Origin: a virus
Lineage: Duplodnaviria > Caudoviricetes
DNA: 64,000 bases
Strand: one strand, 5' to 3'
Virus record (IMG/VR): IMGVR_UViG_3300019129_000002
Coordinates: 891 to 64,890 of that record
Part shown: positions 1 to 8,562 of the stretch, in pieces
Position numbering within the stretch: the first letter of the stretch is position 1
Layout: every line of letters begins with the position of its first letter
The notes under the pieces: model-generated
The model's input: the letters and a program-made list of their open reading frames with translations, nothing else
What the model was told of the DNA's origin: nothing
Database searches by the model: none
Translations under genes and position numbers: made by a program

Positions 1-696
1 AAAGTAGCAAACAAGATTGCGGCAGCGGGGGCTGTCGGTGATATGGGGCATGGTGGAATTTCAGGTAGTGGAATTTCAGGTAGTGGAATTTTAGGTAATC
101 AGACTTTTGGTAATGATCCTATGAGCTACTTCGCAGAGTTAGCGGGAGAGTTTGGGTTGTCTAAAACATCAGGTTTGAGAAATAAACCTTGGCACAGCAA
201 AACGTCCCTCCACTACACCGGTAACGCTATCGATATAAGTAACACTGCGGGGGGTCACCACCGTTCGTCCGCAACCCCTGAGATGATGAGAGCAGCCACA
301 TACATTGCTGAAACTTATGGATCAAGACTTCAAGAACTTATCTATACTCCTCTCGGTTACTCAATCAAACATGGGAAGAAGGTTCCCCCCATTGCTGCAC
401 AAACACACTATAACCACATACATGTCGGCTGGCACAAAGGCAACACGAAACCTTTACTAGATGAAATGAGTAGTATGCCAAAGGGAGCTAAAATTGGATA
501 TGCAAACTCTTCAGAGTTTATAGCCAACAGTCAACAGACTAAGATGTTAGCCTCCGCTCTTCAAGGCTCTGGAGGTAGCGCAAATGTCACCGTCAACATC
601 AACGGGTTCAACGGTAACTCGGAAGAACTCGCTAAGAAGGTAGTCTATCATATCGAAACTGCCATGAATAGAGGTAGGCAAAACTCAATCGTATAG
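1..696 (+). CDS. C-terminal part of probable tail tape-measure protein with a peptidase-M15-like (HxxxxxxD...H) domain; 5'-truncated by the window
   Basis: Frame is open from base 1. Gly/Ser-rich linker, SLHYTGNAIDIS...HYNHIHV zinc-peptidase-like motifs, and a typical TMP tail (NVTVNING...EELAKKV). Confidence 0.55.
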   Translation, partial: KVANKIAAAGAVGDMGHGGISGSGISGSGILGNQTFGNDPMSYFAELAGEFGLSKTSGLRNKPWHSKTSLHYTGNAIDISNTAGGHHRSSATPEMMRAATYIAETYGSRLQELIYTPLGYSIKHGKKVPPIAAQTHYNHIHVGWHKGNTKPLLDEMSSMPKGAKIGYANSSEFIANSQQTKMLASALQGSGGSANVTVNINGFNGNSEELAKKVVYHIETAMNRGRQNSIV

Positions 697-707
697 TCAT
701 AAAAGAA

Positions 708-729
708 ATGTAAACAAATGTTACAACCC
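708..729 (+). repeat. 22-bp direct repeat, copy 1 (ATGTAAACAAATGTTACAACCC)
   Basis: Identical to 2091-2112. Starts 46 nt upstream of a TGnTAATAT -10-like hexamer at 754. Confidence 0.85.
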
Positions 730-912
730 TCTCCAATTCCCCGAAAGGTTTGTTAATATATATATATATAAATATTGGTAGGGGAGACTTTCTCAGGGAA
801 ATAAAGAAAAGACTGTTAAGCTCCGGTCACAATTTAGAAAACATAAACTTTAGGGTATGAAGGGGTTGAAGAATACAAGGTCTTTATAAGGCCAGCAAGG
901 AGAGAGAATGAT

Positions 913-1755
913 TTGAAAGCAGTAAACTTAATGAAATTTGATGTCGTCATAGGAAACCCCCCTTATCATGATGGGAAGAAGGGTAATACACGAGGTAAAC
1001 TATGGATGAAGTTTGTTAAAGAAACTCCTAGGCTTCTTAAAGAAGGAGGTTTCTTCTCTATTCTTATCCCCGACTCATGGGTTAAGAATGAGAGTAAGTC
1101 ATACCAAAAGATTAGAGAAGTTTTTTCCGCATCCCTTGACACCCAAAGAGTAACAGATGTTTCGGGCTTTTTTAAAGTGGGAGTAGGTATCGTAGGGGTT
1201 TCTGGTTTAAAGCAACCTTATTCTGGGGAAACGGATTTTGATGGATTGGTTAGGGATGTAAATACTCCACCTCTACCTGAAAAAGTCTTACTTTCTGAAA
1301 AGTTAGCCTTATCAGATTTTGCAAAACTCCATCTGATACGCTCAAATAGGGGCGGTGTGGAATACGAAGAAGGTGGAGCAAATGTTGTCTTGTACTCAGG
1401 GAAAAAGGAGAAACTTACAAATTGTAAAAACCTTGAAGGGAGTGGGGTGGACAAGATTGTTATCCCTGTTTCATGTTCCTATAAAAAAAGGTTTTTCACT
1501 AACCTTCCTACAGGAGACCTTAATTTTTGGTTCCCTTGTGGAAGTGAGGAGGAGTATGGGATTTTGGATAACTTGTTTAACTTAAAAGTCGTCAGGTTTC
1601 TATGTGAAAACTATAGGAAAAGCTCAGGTTTCACTAGTGCCGTTATAATGAATAAAATACCTGATCTAAGAGGAATGGATGATCAAGGTTCTTATAAGGC
1701 ACTAGGGTTAACACAAGAAGAAATTCAAATCATTGAGAAGGGCATAAAGTTATGA
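913..1755 (+). CDS. Amino-DNA methyltransferase, catalytic (NPPY) plus target-recognition half, Eco57I/TaqI-like; likely ATG at 931
   Basis: FDVVIGNPPY sits at the extreme N-terminus and there is no SAM-binding motif I. Confidence 0.8.
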   Translation: MKAVNLMKFDVVIGNPPYHDGKKGNTRGKLWMKFVKETPRLLKEGGFFSILIPDSWVKNESKSYQKIREVFSASLDTQRVTDVSGFFKVGVGIVGVSGLKQPYSGETDFDGLVRDVNTPPLPEKVLLSEKLALSDFAKLHLIRSNRGGVEYEEGGANVVLYSGKKEKLTNCKNLEGSGVDKIVIPVSCSYKKRFFTNLPTGDLNFWFPCGSEEEYGILDNLFNLKVVRFLCENYRKSSGFTSAVIMNKIPDLRGMDDQGSYKALGLTQEEIQIIEKGIKL

Positions 1756-2096
1756 TTGAAAGAAGTAAAGAACGAGTAAAGAAAACGGCTGAAGTATTCA
1801 CCCCTTTAGAGTTATGTGAAAGAATGGTCATGGAAATCCCAAAAGAAAAGTTAAAAGACCCTTCCTCTCTATACCTTGATAACTCTTGTGGAGATGGTAA
1901 CTTCTTGGTTACCCTCTTGAAAGTCCTCACAGAAGAATACGGGCATGATAGAAACCATGTAGTTAATCATCAACTCTTTGGTGTGGACTTAATGGAGGAC
2001 AATATCCGGGAAGTGCATAGAAGATTAGGTCTGGAATACCCTCACCCTCACTTCGTTTGTGCTGACTCTCTAAGGTACGATTTTTCTTTTATGTAA
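1752..2096 (+). CDS. DNA methyltransferase SAM-binding half
   Basis: AEVFTP (motif X), YLDNSCGDGNFL (motif I), LFGVDL and CADSL. No NPPY. ATGA overlap with the upstream gene. Confidence 0.8.
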   Translation: MIERSKERVKKTAEVFTPLELCERMVMEIPKEKLKDPSSLYLDNSCGDGNFLVTLLKVLTEEYGHDRNHVVNHQLFGVDLMEDNIREVHRRLGLEYPHPHFVCADSLRYDFSFM

Positions 2097-2112
2097 ACAA
2101 ATGTTACAACCC
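2091..2112 (+). repeat. 22-bp direct repeat, copy 2
   Basis: Identical to 708-729. Followed by TTGCCT-N17-TACTAT (2114-2142). Confidence 0.85.
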
Positions 2113-2192
2113 CTTGCCTTTCCTCTGGAAAGTTGCTACTATATAAATACAGGTCAAAGGGGTTTAACCAAAAAAAAAGTTTTTCAAATCCC

Positions 2193-2221
2193 TTGTCAAA
2201 ATCAAAAATAAGTGTTATACT
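2193..2221 (+). promoter_or_regulatory. sigma70-type promoter TTGTCA-N17-TATACT
   Basis: Member of the recurrent promoter family, with extended -10 TG. Confidence 0.7.
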
Positions 2222-2253
2222 TATTATATAGTCAAAAACAAAAGGTAAAACTA

Positions 2254-2391
2254 ATGCTTAACCAATATCAAAGAATACAGTACTGCAAAAAACAACTTAA
2301 AGCCGCTAAAGCTAAAGGTAATGAATTTCTCGCTATGCTCTATGAGCAAGAATTAGAATCTAGACTCTCTCATAATAATTATATAAAGTAA
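2254..2391 (+). CDS. Small hypothetical early protein (45 aa, MLNQYQRIQYCKKQ...)
   Basis: Below the ORF-track cutoff. Shares an AAAAACAAAAGGT-AAACTA(A)ATG initiation region with the next gene. Confidence 0.55.
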   Translation: MLNQYQRIQYCKKQLKAAKAKGNEFLAMLYEQELESRLSHNNYIK

Positions 2392-2411
2392 AAAACAAAA
2401 GGTCAAACTAA

Positions 2412-2690
2412 ATGTTTACAAACTACAAAACCGATCTTCGCAATCTCTACGCAGGGCTTAACCGTCAACACTATCTCATGACAGGTGAGATGCCCAAACA
2501 AATTAAAGTCACCGATACCACCAAACTCTACAAAGGTCATTCCTACAAACAACTACAAAGAAGAAACTCAGTAATCTTTAACTCACTCTCTCAAGAAAAA
2601 CAAAATGATCTTCGGGAAATGGGTTATAATAATAAAGGTTGGGAGAATGTTAAAGAGTCCTGGCGTATAATGTGGAAGTATTTTAACTAA
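2412..2690 (+). CDS. Hypothetical protein
   Basis: ORF with AAGGT RBS. Confidence 0.65.
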   Translation: MFTNYKTDLRNLYAGLNRQHYLMTGEMPKQIKVTDTTKLYKGHSYKQLQRRNSVIFNSLSQEKQNDLREMGYNNKGWENVKESWRIMWKYFN

Positions 2691-2694
2691 AACC

Positions 2695-2724
2695 TTGTCA
2701 AACTCCTAACCCTTGTGTTATAAT
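2695..2724 (+). promoter_or_regulatory. Promoter TTGTCA-N18-TATAAT
   Basis: Recurrent promoter family; upstream of the nucleotidyltransferase. Confidence 0.75.
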
Positions 2725-2767
2725 AAGTACATAAGCAAAAAACAAATGACATTTAACTACAGTTATA

Positions 2768-3247
2768 ATGAAACAAATCAACCTAACTTACGGACGCTTT
2801 AATCAGATTCACAACGGACACCTTGAGGTTTTCAACACCGTGATGCACCACGGAAACCCCGATGAGGCTATCATCGCCTCCAATCGCATTGACTTCGGTA
2901 TGTTGAGAGACCTCCTCCCAGATGCCAGTTACACCTCTATTCGCACTAACAATGTCTTCTCACTGGTATCTGAGATTATAGAACTATACGGGGAAGATGT
3001 CCGGATAACTTTTATAGTAGGAGAAGACCAGGAAAAATTCGCTAACGCCCTACAAAATAGTTTCCCTCAAGTAGAAACCTTCTTAATCCCTCGGAGTCCT
3101 GAAGCTCCTTCTTCTACACGGGTGAGAGAACTTTTTGCTTCTACATCCAATAAAAGACAGTTCGTAACCCAAACCATTCAAAGTGGTTGCTTCTCCAATG
3201 AACACCACGCAAAAATGATTTTCAATCAACTTAGTCACTTGACGTGA
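2768..3247 (+). CDS. HIGH-superfamily (cytidylyltransferase-like) nucleotidyltransferase
   Basis: GRFNQIHNGH (HxGH), FIVGEDQ and SSTRVRE motifs. Confidence 0.75.
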   Translation: MKQINLTYGRFNQIHNGHLEVFNTVMHHGNPDEAIIASNRIDFGMLRDLLPDASYTSIRTNNVFSLVSEIIELYGEDVRITFIVGEDQEKFANALQNSFPQVETFLIPRSPEAPSSTRVRELFASTSNKRQFVTQTIQSGCFSNEHHAKMIFNQLSHLT

Positions 3248-3762
3248 CAAATCCTTATCTTATAACCAAAGTGCTAATCATGAAGACAAAAAATCTTAGC
3301 AAATATGAACTAATGACCTTAGCTTATTATGTAGCAGCCAAGATGGAGAAAGATTCTTCTATTGCTACGGACAAGGTAACTTGGGAAAGTTATCATGGCT
3401 TTCCGGTGGGGGTTATTGACAGAGATGTCTATGCGGACTTCTGTGAGTTCATGAGGATTGACATGGATGACTTCACTCTACAACTTGCTGAGAGCTTCTC
3501 AGAATCAGACGCAGGTATCCACTACCACCTAAAAGGGCACCAATTAGTAGTCGCTCTTGGTGAAGAATGTGGGCTTCCTAACCCTGAACCTAATGCAAAG
3601 GTCTATATTGAAGGAGAATACTTCGAAGCAGAAGCAGGAGAGTTCTACTACTTCAACAATTGTGTCAGCCATAACTTCCATGGTAAGTTTCACTTTATCA
3701 ACCTACAGAATCCTCCTCTAGTAGACTGTGAGGGTCATGACGACTTCGTTCTTTCAGAATAG
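3244..3762 (+). CDS. Possible cupin / 2OG-Fe(II) oxygenase-like protein
   Basis: GIHYH...AGEFYYFNNCVSH pattern resembles a double-stranded beta-helix metal site. Weak call. Confidence 0.35.
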   Translation: MTNPYLITKVLIMKTKNLSKYELMTLAYYVAAKMEKDSSIATDKVTWESYHGFPVGVIDRDVYADFCEFMRIDMDDFTLQLAESFSESDAGIHYHLKGHQLVVALGEECGLPNPEPNAKVYIEGEYFEAEAGEFYYFNNCVSHNFHGKFHFINLQNPPLVDCEGHDDFVLSE

Positions 3763-3786
3763 TTAGCGAAGCTAACGGGGGACAAC

Positions 3787-3815
3787 TTGTCAGAGAGGCT
3801 AAAATCTGTTATAAT
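3787..3815 (+). promoter_or_regulatory. Promoter TTGTCA-N17-TATAAT heading the modification cluster
   Basis: Recurrent promoter family. Confidence 0.75.
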
Positions 3816-3939
3816 AGGGTCAGCAACTCAAAACGGGTTATGACCCGTTGGGTCAAGGTTCTAACGGACACTTCAACAATAAAGTTTAGCCCTTCACACA
3901 AGATAGAATAAACTAACTTAGGAGGTTTTACGAAGTAAA

Positions 3940-4569
3940 ATGTGTGCAATATTTGGGTGTGCCTTAGACAAAGCCACCTCTTATCAAAAACAACTATTGG
4001 AAGCAATAGGCAGAGAGTCTCAGATCCGGGGGAAGCACTCTACAGGGATTTCTTACATCCGTTTTGGAGTAATACGGACAGTAATCAAAACCGTACCCTC
4101 TAACCTATTCTTCGACGAAGTTATTGAATGGAAGTCTCCCGATAATCTTCGATTAATAGGACATTGTCGTTATCCTACATCTGCTTTGCGTTTCAATCAA
4201 CCCCTACACTCTCCTGAGTTATCTATGGTGCATAACGGGGTAATCAGTCAACTCCCTAAAGAAAGATGGTTCGATGAGTTTGGTCTCCAGACAGAGACAT
4301 CCAATGATTCCGAACTTATCCTAAGAGCGGTTGAGCAAGGTCTTGATCCAATAAAGTATTTCCCTGATGCTTCCATCGCTATGGCTACCTTAACGAAGGA
4401 AGGGGATATCCATGTCCAGAGAAACGGGAAACGTCCCTGTCACTTTCACCCTGTAGAGAATGGTTTTTTCTTCTTCTCAACCAAGAGTATAGGTGTCAGA
4501 GCAGGGGTTCCAGAAGAAGACATCATCAAAGTAAAATCTTACGGAAAAGAACATATTGAATACAACTAA
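3940..4569 (+). CDS. Class-II (Ntn) glutamine amidotransferase
   Basis: N-terminal MCAIFG (catalytic Cys2), RGKHSTG, GHCRYPT, NQPL, HNG and DSE. Confidence 0.9.
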   Translation: MCAIFGCALDKATSYQKQLLEAIGRESQIRGKHSTGISYIRFGVIRTVIKTVPSNLFFDEVIEWKSPDNLRLIGHCRYPTSALRFNQPLHSPELSMVHNGVISQLPKERWFDEFGLQTETSNDSELILRAVEQGLDPIKYFPDASIAMATLTKEGDIHVQRNGKRPCHFHPVENGFFFFSTKSIGVRAGVPEEDIIKVKSYGKEHIEYN

Positions 4570-5422
4570 GACCTGGGGCTACGAAATAGAATGGGGTGAT
4601 ATCCCTCGATGTTTACCTATTCCCGAACATCTAGGCTCGTGGGAATATGCTGAGGTTGACATTTTAAATCTTCGAGAACCTTATGCACTAATGGGGGTTG
4701 ACCCTTTAGGTTTAGAGCCCCCTGTGGGAGGAGAAATCAACACCACTCCTGACAAATCTATCAAGGAACAAGTGGATAAGATTATCCGTCTCAGAGACTT
4801 ATTCATTGATTCAGGTTATCCTCCTACTGCATCCCTTGTTAATCATGGGCATTTACACGCATTTGTAAAAGGTTTGAAGGAAGATGTTCAAAGTCTAAAG
4901 AAACTGACCCGTTACATCCTGGATAATCAAGAAGACCTTATTAGAGCTTGCTATCAGTTCAAACCTGACCTAGAAATGAAGAAGCTGAAAAATGCGACTA
5001 GCTATCTGAAACTGGACGGAGGACGAATGATGCCTGAATGGATGGGCAATAACGTTATTAACATGGCAGAAAGCTTTGAGGACTTCATTCGGATCCAATG
5101 TTGTGGAAAGGATGGAGTAAGCAGAGGGAGACCCTTCCGTTATGCAGTGAATACTTATTGTATGAAACATACAGGGACTATAGAGTTCCGTTGCTTCCGT
5201 AGTTCCACCAAACGAAGAGAGATTGAAAGTTGCTTCCGTATAGCGGAGAGGTTTATTGATAGTGCGTTGGGTGATCAAAAGCCTATAAAGGAAATCCTCC
5301 AAGAAGAAGAGTTCACTTTCCCTCCTTTTGTTTGGAACGCCGAACATTACAAAGCGTGGATTGAAACCAAGTGGGACAAATCTCGTGGTAACAAAAAACG
5401 CCAGTTTATAGAACTCTTGTAA
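4556..5422 (+). CDS. Putative amidoligase (COOH-NH2 ligase, glutamine-synthetase/GCS2 fold)
   Basis: TWGYEIEW, GGEINT, HGHLH and TIEFRCF motifs; overlaps the GATase gene. Confidence 0.75.
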   Translation: MNTTKTWGYEIEWGDIPRCLPIPEHLGSWEYAEVDILNLREPYALMGVDPLGLEPPVGGEINTTPDKSIKEQVDKIIRLRDLFIDSGYPPTASLVNHGHLHAFVKGLKEDVQSLKKLTRYILDNQEDLIRACYQFKPDLEMKKLKNATSYLKLDGGRMMPEWMGNNVINMAESFEDFIRIQCCGKDGVSRGRPFRYAVNTYCMKHTGTIEFRCFRSSTKRREIESCFRIAERFIDSALGDQKPIKEILQEEEFTFPPFVWNAEHYKAWIETKWDKSRGNKKRQFIELL

Positions 5423-5467
5423 CCTAACGGGTAAAATCCTCTGATGAATTAAATTAGAGGAAACCCC

Positions 5468-5998
5468 TTGGAAATTAGAGAGTGCAATAAAGAGATATTT
5501 AAATTAGCTTACGAACAGAGTAACCCAAAAAATAACAAGTTCGCTAAAACTTTTATGTCTAAAGCGAAGGTAATGGAGTTATGGGATAAATGCTTCGGCA
5601 TATATGATCCTAATGGCTCTCTTTTGGGAGCAGTGGTGGTAACCCTTTCTAAAAGGAAACCCCTTGTCGCTAACTTACAACTTCTCCACGTCTTCCATGA
5701 GCATCGAAAAAACGGTTATGGTAGATGTCTGATGGAGTTTGCACTTTCTCACGCCGTGGATCAAGGGGCAGAATATTTCAGAGTATCTTCCGAACCGTCA
5801 GCAGTTAAGTTCTATGAGAGCTTAGGGTTGCGGATGATATGTGAACAGAAGAGTGGTTCTCAATTATCTTTTTCTAAGATAGGGGGCAAAACTTTTGATC
5901 TTTGTTATAATGATAGTGAGGACACTCAGTTCCAAAAAGTAATCAACCATAAAGGTCGGGGTGGTTGCGTAAAGCTTCTTAGAGAGGGCAAACCCTAG
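5468..5998 (+). CDS. GNAT acetyltransferase
   Basis: LHVFHEHRKNGYGRCLM (motif A) and AVKFYESLG (motif B). Confidence 0.9.
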   Translation: MEIRECNKEIFKLAYEQSNPKNNKFAKTFMSKAKVMELWDKCFGIYDPNGSLLGAVVVTLSKRKPLVANLQLLHVFHEHRKNGYGRCLMEFALSHAVDQGAEYFRVSSEPSAVKFYESLGLRMICEQKSGSQLSFSKIGGKTFDLCYNDSEDTQFQKVINHKGRGGCVKLLREGKP

Positions 5999-6038
5999 TC
6001 CCATCTTTTTTGGTGATCTACCTTGTGCCTCCGGGTGT

Positions 6039-7100
6039 GTGAGGAATGTTAATGAAACTAAGAAAGAAAGGATGTACCAAACTTCTAGGAAAGAACAGTT
6101 TATCGAATGGTTCCGATGGGGAGTAGCTAACGGAGATTGTGACTCAGCTCTCTGGATGATAAACTATCTTAACAAACGTTACGAACACAACACGGAAGAA
6201 AAAATTTGGCTGTGTTGGCTCTACGGTAACACCTACTACTTGCCAACATCTTGGCTTCTTAAGCAAGAGTTTCCTGATGAGGAGCTTGCCAGTTACGAAA
6301 GACTTGATAAATGGAATACAGAAAACTACAAACGTCTAAGGTATCAAACCGATACCAAGTGGTCTAAGGGTCATCTACCTGAGATGTATCAGAGTTATCA
6401 TGAATGGCTGGGTGGCAAGACTCAACTTGAACGAATAAACGAGTTTGTCACAGATGATGAACAAGAGACCTTTGACAACCTTTGGAAAGAAGTCAAGAAG
6501 AAATGGTTTAAGTTCGGTAGATATACCGCTTGGTTTTATCTGCAAACTTTGAAGCACACGGTGAGTATCTCTATGGAACCTGCCACCCTGATGCTAAATG
6601 ACTACTCAGGGAGTAAAAGTCATCGGAATGGTTTAATCTACGCTTTAGGGTTGGAGGGCTCTGGATGGTTGAATAAAAAGCTAACCATTGATCAGTACCA
6701 GTTCTTAGAGGGGGAGGCTTCTGAAATCCTTGAGGAGTGTCACAGGCGTTTTCCTGAACTTAAGGGGCAGATGGATAGGTTCGCCATGGAAACATCCCTT
6801 TGTTCATTCAAGAAGCTCTTCAGGGAGTCCAGGGGCCGTTACATGGGTTATTACCTTGATCGGCAATCCGAAGAAATCATGAGGGTGGAAAAGGATGGTT
6901 GGTTCGGAGTGGATTGGGAAGTCCTCTGGGATGGCAGAGAAGAAGTTATCGGTGAACCTTTAGCTCCTCTTTATGGGCGGGTTGACAAAAGCAAAATGAA
7001 GTTATTTGTAGAAGAAGGGAGGTTCCATTATAAAAGTGATCGGATTCATAGGGTGTCCAGCGTCCGGAAAGTCAACTCTAATGAGACGGTTAATGTCTGA
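6039..7100 (+). CDS. Amino acid:DNA transferase (alpha-glutamyl/putrescinyl-thymine pyrophosphorylase clade 2-like); likely ATG at 6072
   Basis: WLYGNTY, FGRYTAWFYLQTL, ETSLCSFKK and RYMGYYLDRQ signatures; adjacent P-loop kinase. Confidence 0.8.
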   Translation: MRNVNETKKERMYQTSRKEQFIEWFRWGVANGDCDSALWMINYLNKRYEHNTEEKIWLCWLYGNTYYLPTSWLLKQEFPDEELASYERLDKWNTENYKRLRYQTDTKWSKGHLPEMYQSYHEWLGGKTQLERINEFVTDDEQETFDNLWKEVKKKWFKFGRYTAWFYLQTLKHTVSISMEPATLMLNDYSGSKSHRNGLIYALGLEGSGWLNKKLTIDQYQFLEGEASEILEECHRRFPELKGQMDRFAMETSLCSFKKLFRESRGRYMGYYLDRQSEEIMRVEKDGWFGVDWEVLWDGREEVIGEPLAPLYGRVDKSKMKLFVEEGRFHYKSDRIHRVSSVRKVNSNETVNV

Positions 7101-7530
7101 GATAGGAGATGAATGGGAGTTAGTTCAGGAAGGAATGATCCGGTTTCATTTCAATGCTCAGAAGAACGTTATGGTGATGGGGATATATGATGATAAAGTT
7201 TTTAGTGGAACTGACCGTCTAGCTAAGAACGTGGGGCCAAAGTTCCGAGAATGGATTTCTGCATTCCACGAACAAGACACCGTTACCATATTGTGGGAAG
7301 GAGAGAGATTCTCTAACAACCCTACTATCCAACATCTGTTAAAAACTGTAGATACTGAACTCTATCTAGTGGAAGCTCCAGAGGAAGTTCTAGAAGAACG
7401 TAATCGTAATCGGAGCAACCAGAATGACAAGTGGCGTAAAGGTATGAAGACTCGGATTAACAATCTGGTTAAAAAATATCCTATCAAACCCTTGTCTGAG
7501 TTCGACAAAAATGTTATAATGAAAAAGTAA
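7036..7530 (+). CDS. P-loop nucleotide kinase of the family linked to DNA hypermodification
   Basis: GCPASGKST Walker A, FSGTDRL, WEGERF; overlaps the transferase gene. Confidence 0.8.
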   Translation: MIGFIGCPASGKSTLMRRLMSEIGDEWELVQEGMIRFHFNAQKNVMVMGIYDDKVFSGTDRLAKNVGPKFREWISAFHEQDTVTILWEGERFSNNPTIQHLLKTVDTELYLVEAPEEVLEERNRNRSNQNDKWRKGMKTRINNLVKKYPIKPLSEFDKNVIMKK

Positions 7531-7547
7531 GGAGTAAGGAGTAAGTA

Positions 7548-7730
7548 ATGCCAACTTTAGAACCCCCTGATAGAAGACCCGACGGGAGAATAAAGAAGCC
7601 TGAACCCGTTGAAGTAAACCCTCTTGCTGGTTTGACTAGTGACCAGTTGCTTGATAAGAGAAATGTTTTTAAGAAACTGAAGCAACCCTTAAACGAAATT
7701 GATGCAGAACTAAAAAGAAGACATGGTTAA
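7548..7730 (+). CDS. Hypothetical protein
   Basis: AGGAG RBS; promoter at 7492-7520. Confidence 0.6.
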   Translation: MPTLEPPDRRPDGRIKKPEPVEVNPLAGLTSDQLLDKRNVFKKLKQPLNEIDAELKRRHG

Positions 7731-8562
7731 AACACCTTTACGATACCCTGGGGGTAAATCCCGAGCAATCAAACATCTGAAAGGCTTTCTCCCTTATCTT
7801 GGGAATGAGGAGTTTGAAGAGTTCTGTGAACCCTTTGCAGGTGGGGCTTCGGTCTCCATCTATATTTCTCAACTTTACCCAGAACTAAAAATCTGGATCA
7901 ATGACATCTACACCCCTTTATACAACTTCTGGATTACTTTGCAGCAAGAGCCTATGGAGCTTATCCCCGAGTTGGAAAAGATAAGAGTAGAAACTGTCAA
8001 TCTAGAGGATGACCTCCGACACAGGAAGTGTAAAGAGAGGTTCCTGCAAGCCAAGGAAGAACTGGATTCAGAAGATCCTATAGTCAGTGCCATCAGTTTC
8101 TACATCGTTAACAAGTGTGGATTCAGTGGTATGATTACAGGTTTTTCTAAGAGTTCATCCGATAAAACGTTTACTCTCAGAGGAATAGAAAAGCTCTGGT
8201 TAGTAAAACACCTTATCCGAGATTGGTCTATTACCAATCTATCCTATGAGGACTTGCTAACTAATAGTCAAAAGACCTTTATTTATCACGACCCTCCCTA
8301 TGAAATAAACTCTAGTCTTTACGGGAAACAAGGAAGTGTCCATAAGGTTTTCGACCACGTTAACTTTGCTGAGAACTGCAACCTATTCACTTGTCCTCAA
8401 CTAATCTCTTACAATGATACTCAAAAAGTCACAGAGAGATTTTCGGGTTGGCATCAAGGCAGGTTTAAGCATCAGTATTCTATGCAGTCTGGTAAGAAGT
8501 ACCGAGAAAATCAAAAGAAACGTCACGAGTTAGTCCTATACAACTACGAACTGGAGGAATAA
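7723..8562 (+). CDS. dam: Dam-like (D12 class) DNA adenine methyltransferase
   Basis: KTPLRYPGGKSR, EPFAGGAS and DPPY. Confidence 0.9.
   Translation: MVKTPLRYPGGKSRAIKHLKGFLPYLGNEEFEEFCEPFAGGASVSIYISQLYPELKIWINDIYTPLYNFWITLQQEPMELIPELEKIRVETVNLEDDLRHRKCKERFLQAKEELDSEDPIVSAISFYIVNKCGFSGMITGFSKSSSDKTFTLRGIEKLWLVKHLIRDWSITNLSYEDLLTNSQKTFIYHDPPYEINSSLYGKQGSVHKVFDHVNFAENCNLFTCPQLISYNDTQKVTERFSGWHQGRFKHQYSMQSGKKYRENQKKRHELVLYNYELEE

Noticed and set aside
53-91. 15-bp tandem repeat (GTGGAATTTCAGGTA)
   Set aside because: It just encodes a GISGS linker in the tape-measure-like protein.
709-725. NtcA box (GTA-N8-TAC) within the 22-bp repeat
   Set aside because: The spacing is N9 (GTA-AACAAATGT-TAC), not N8.
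756-776. (AT)n run as a replication origin
   Set aside because: Short, overlaps a promoter -10/TSS region, and has no iterons or other supporting evidence.
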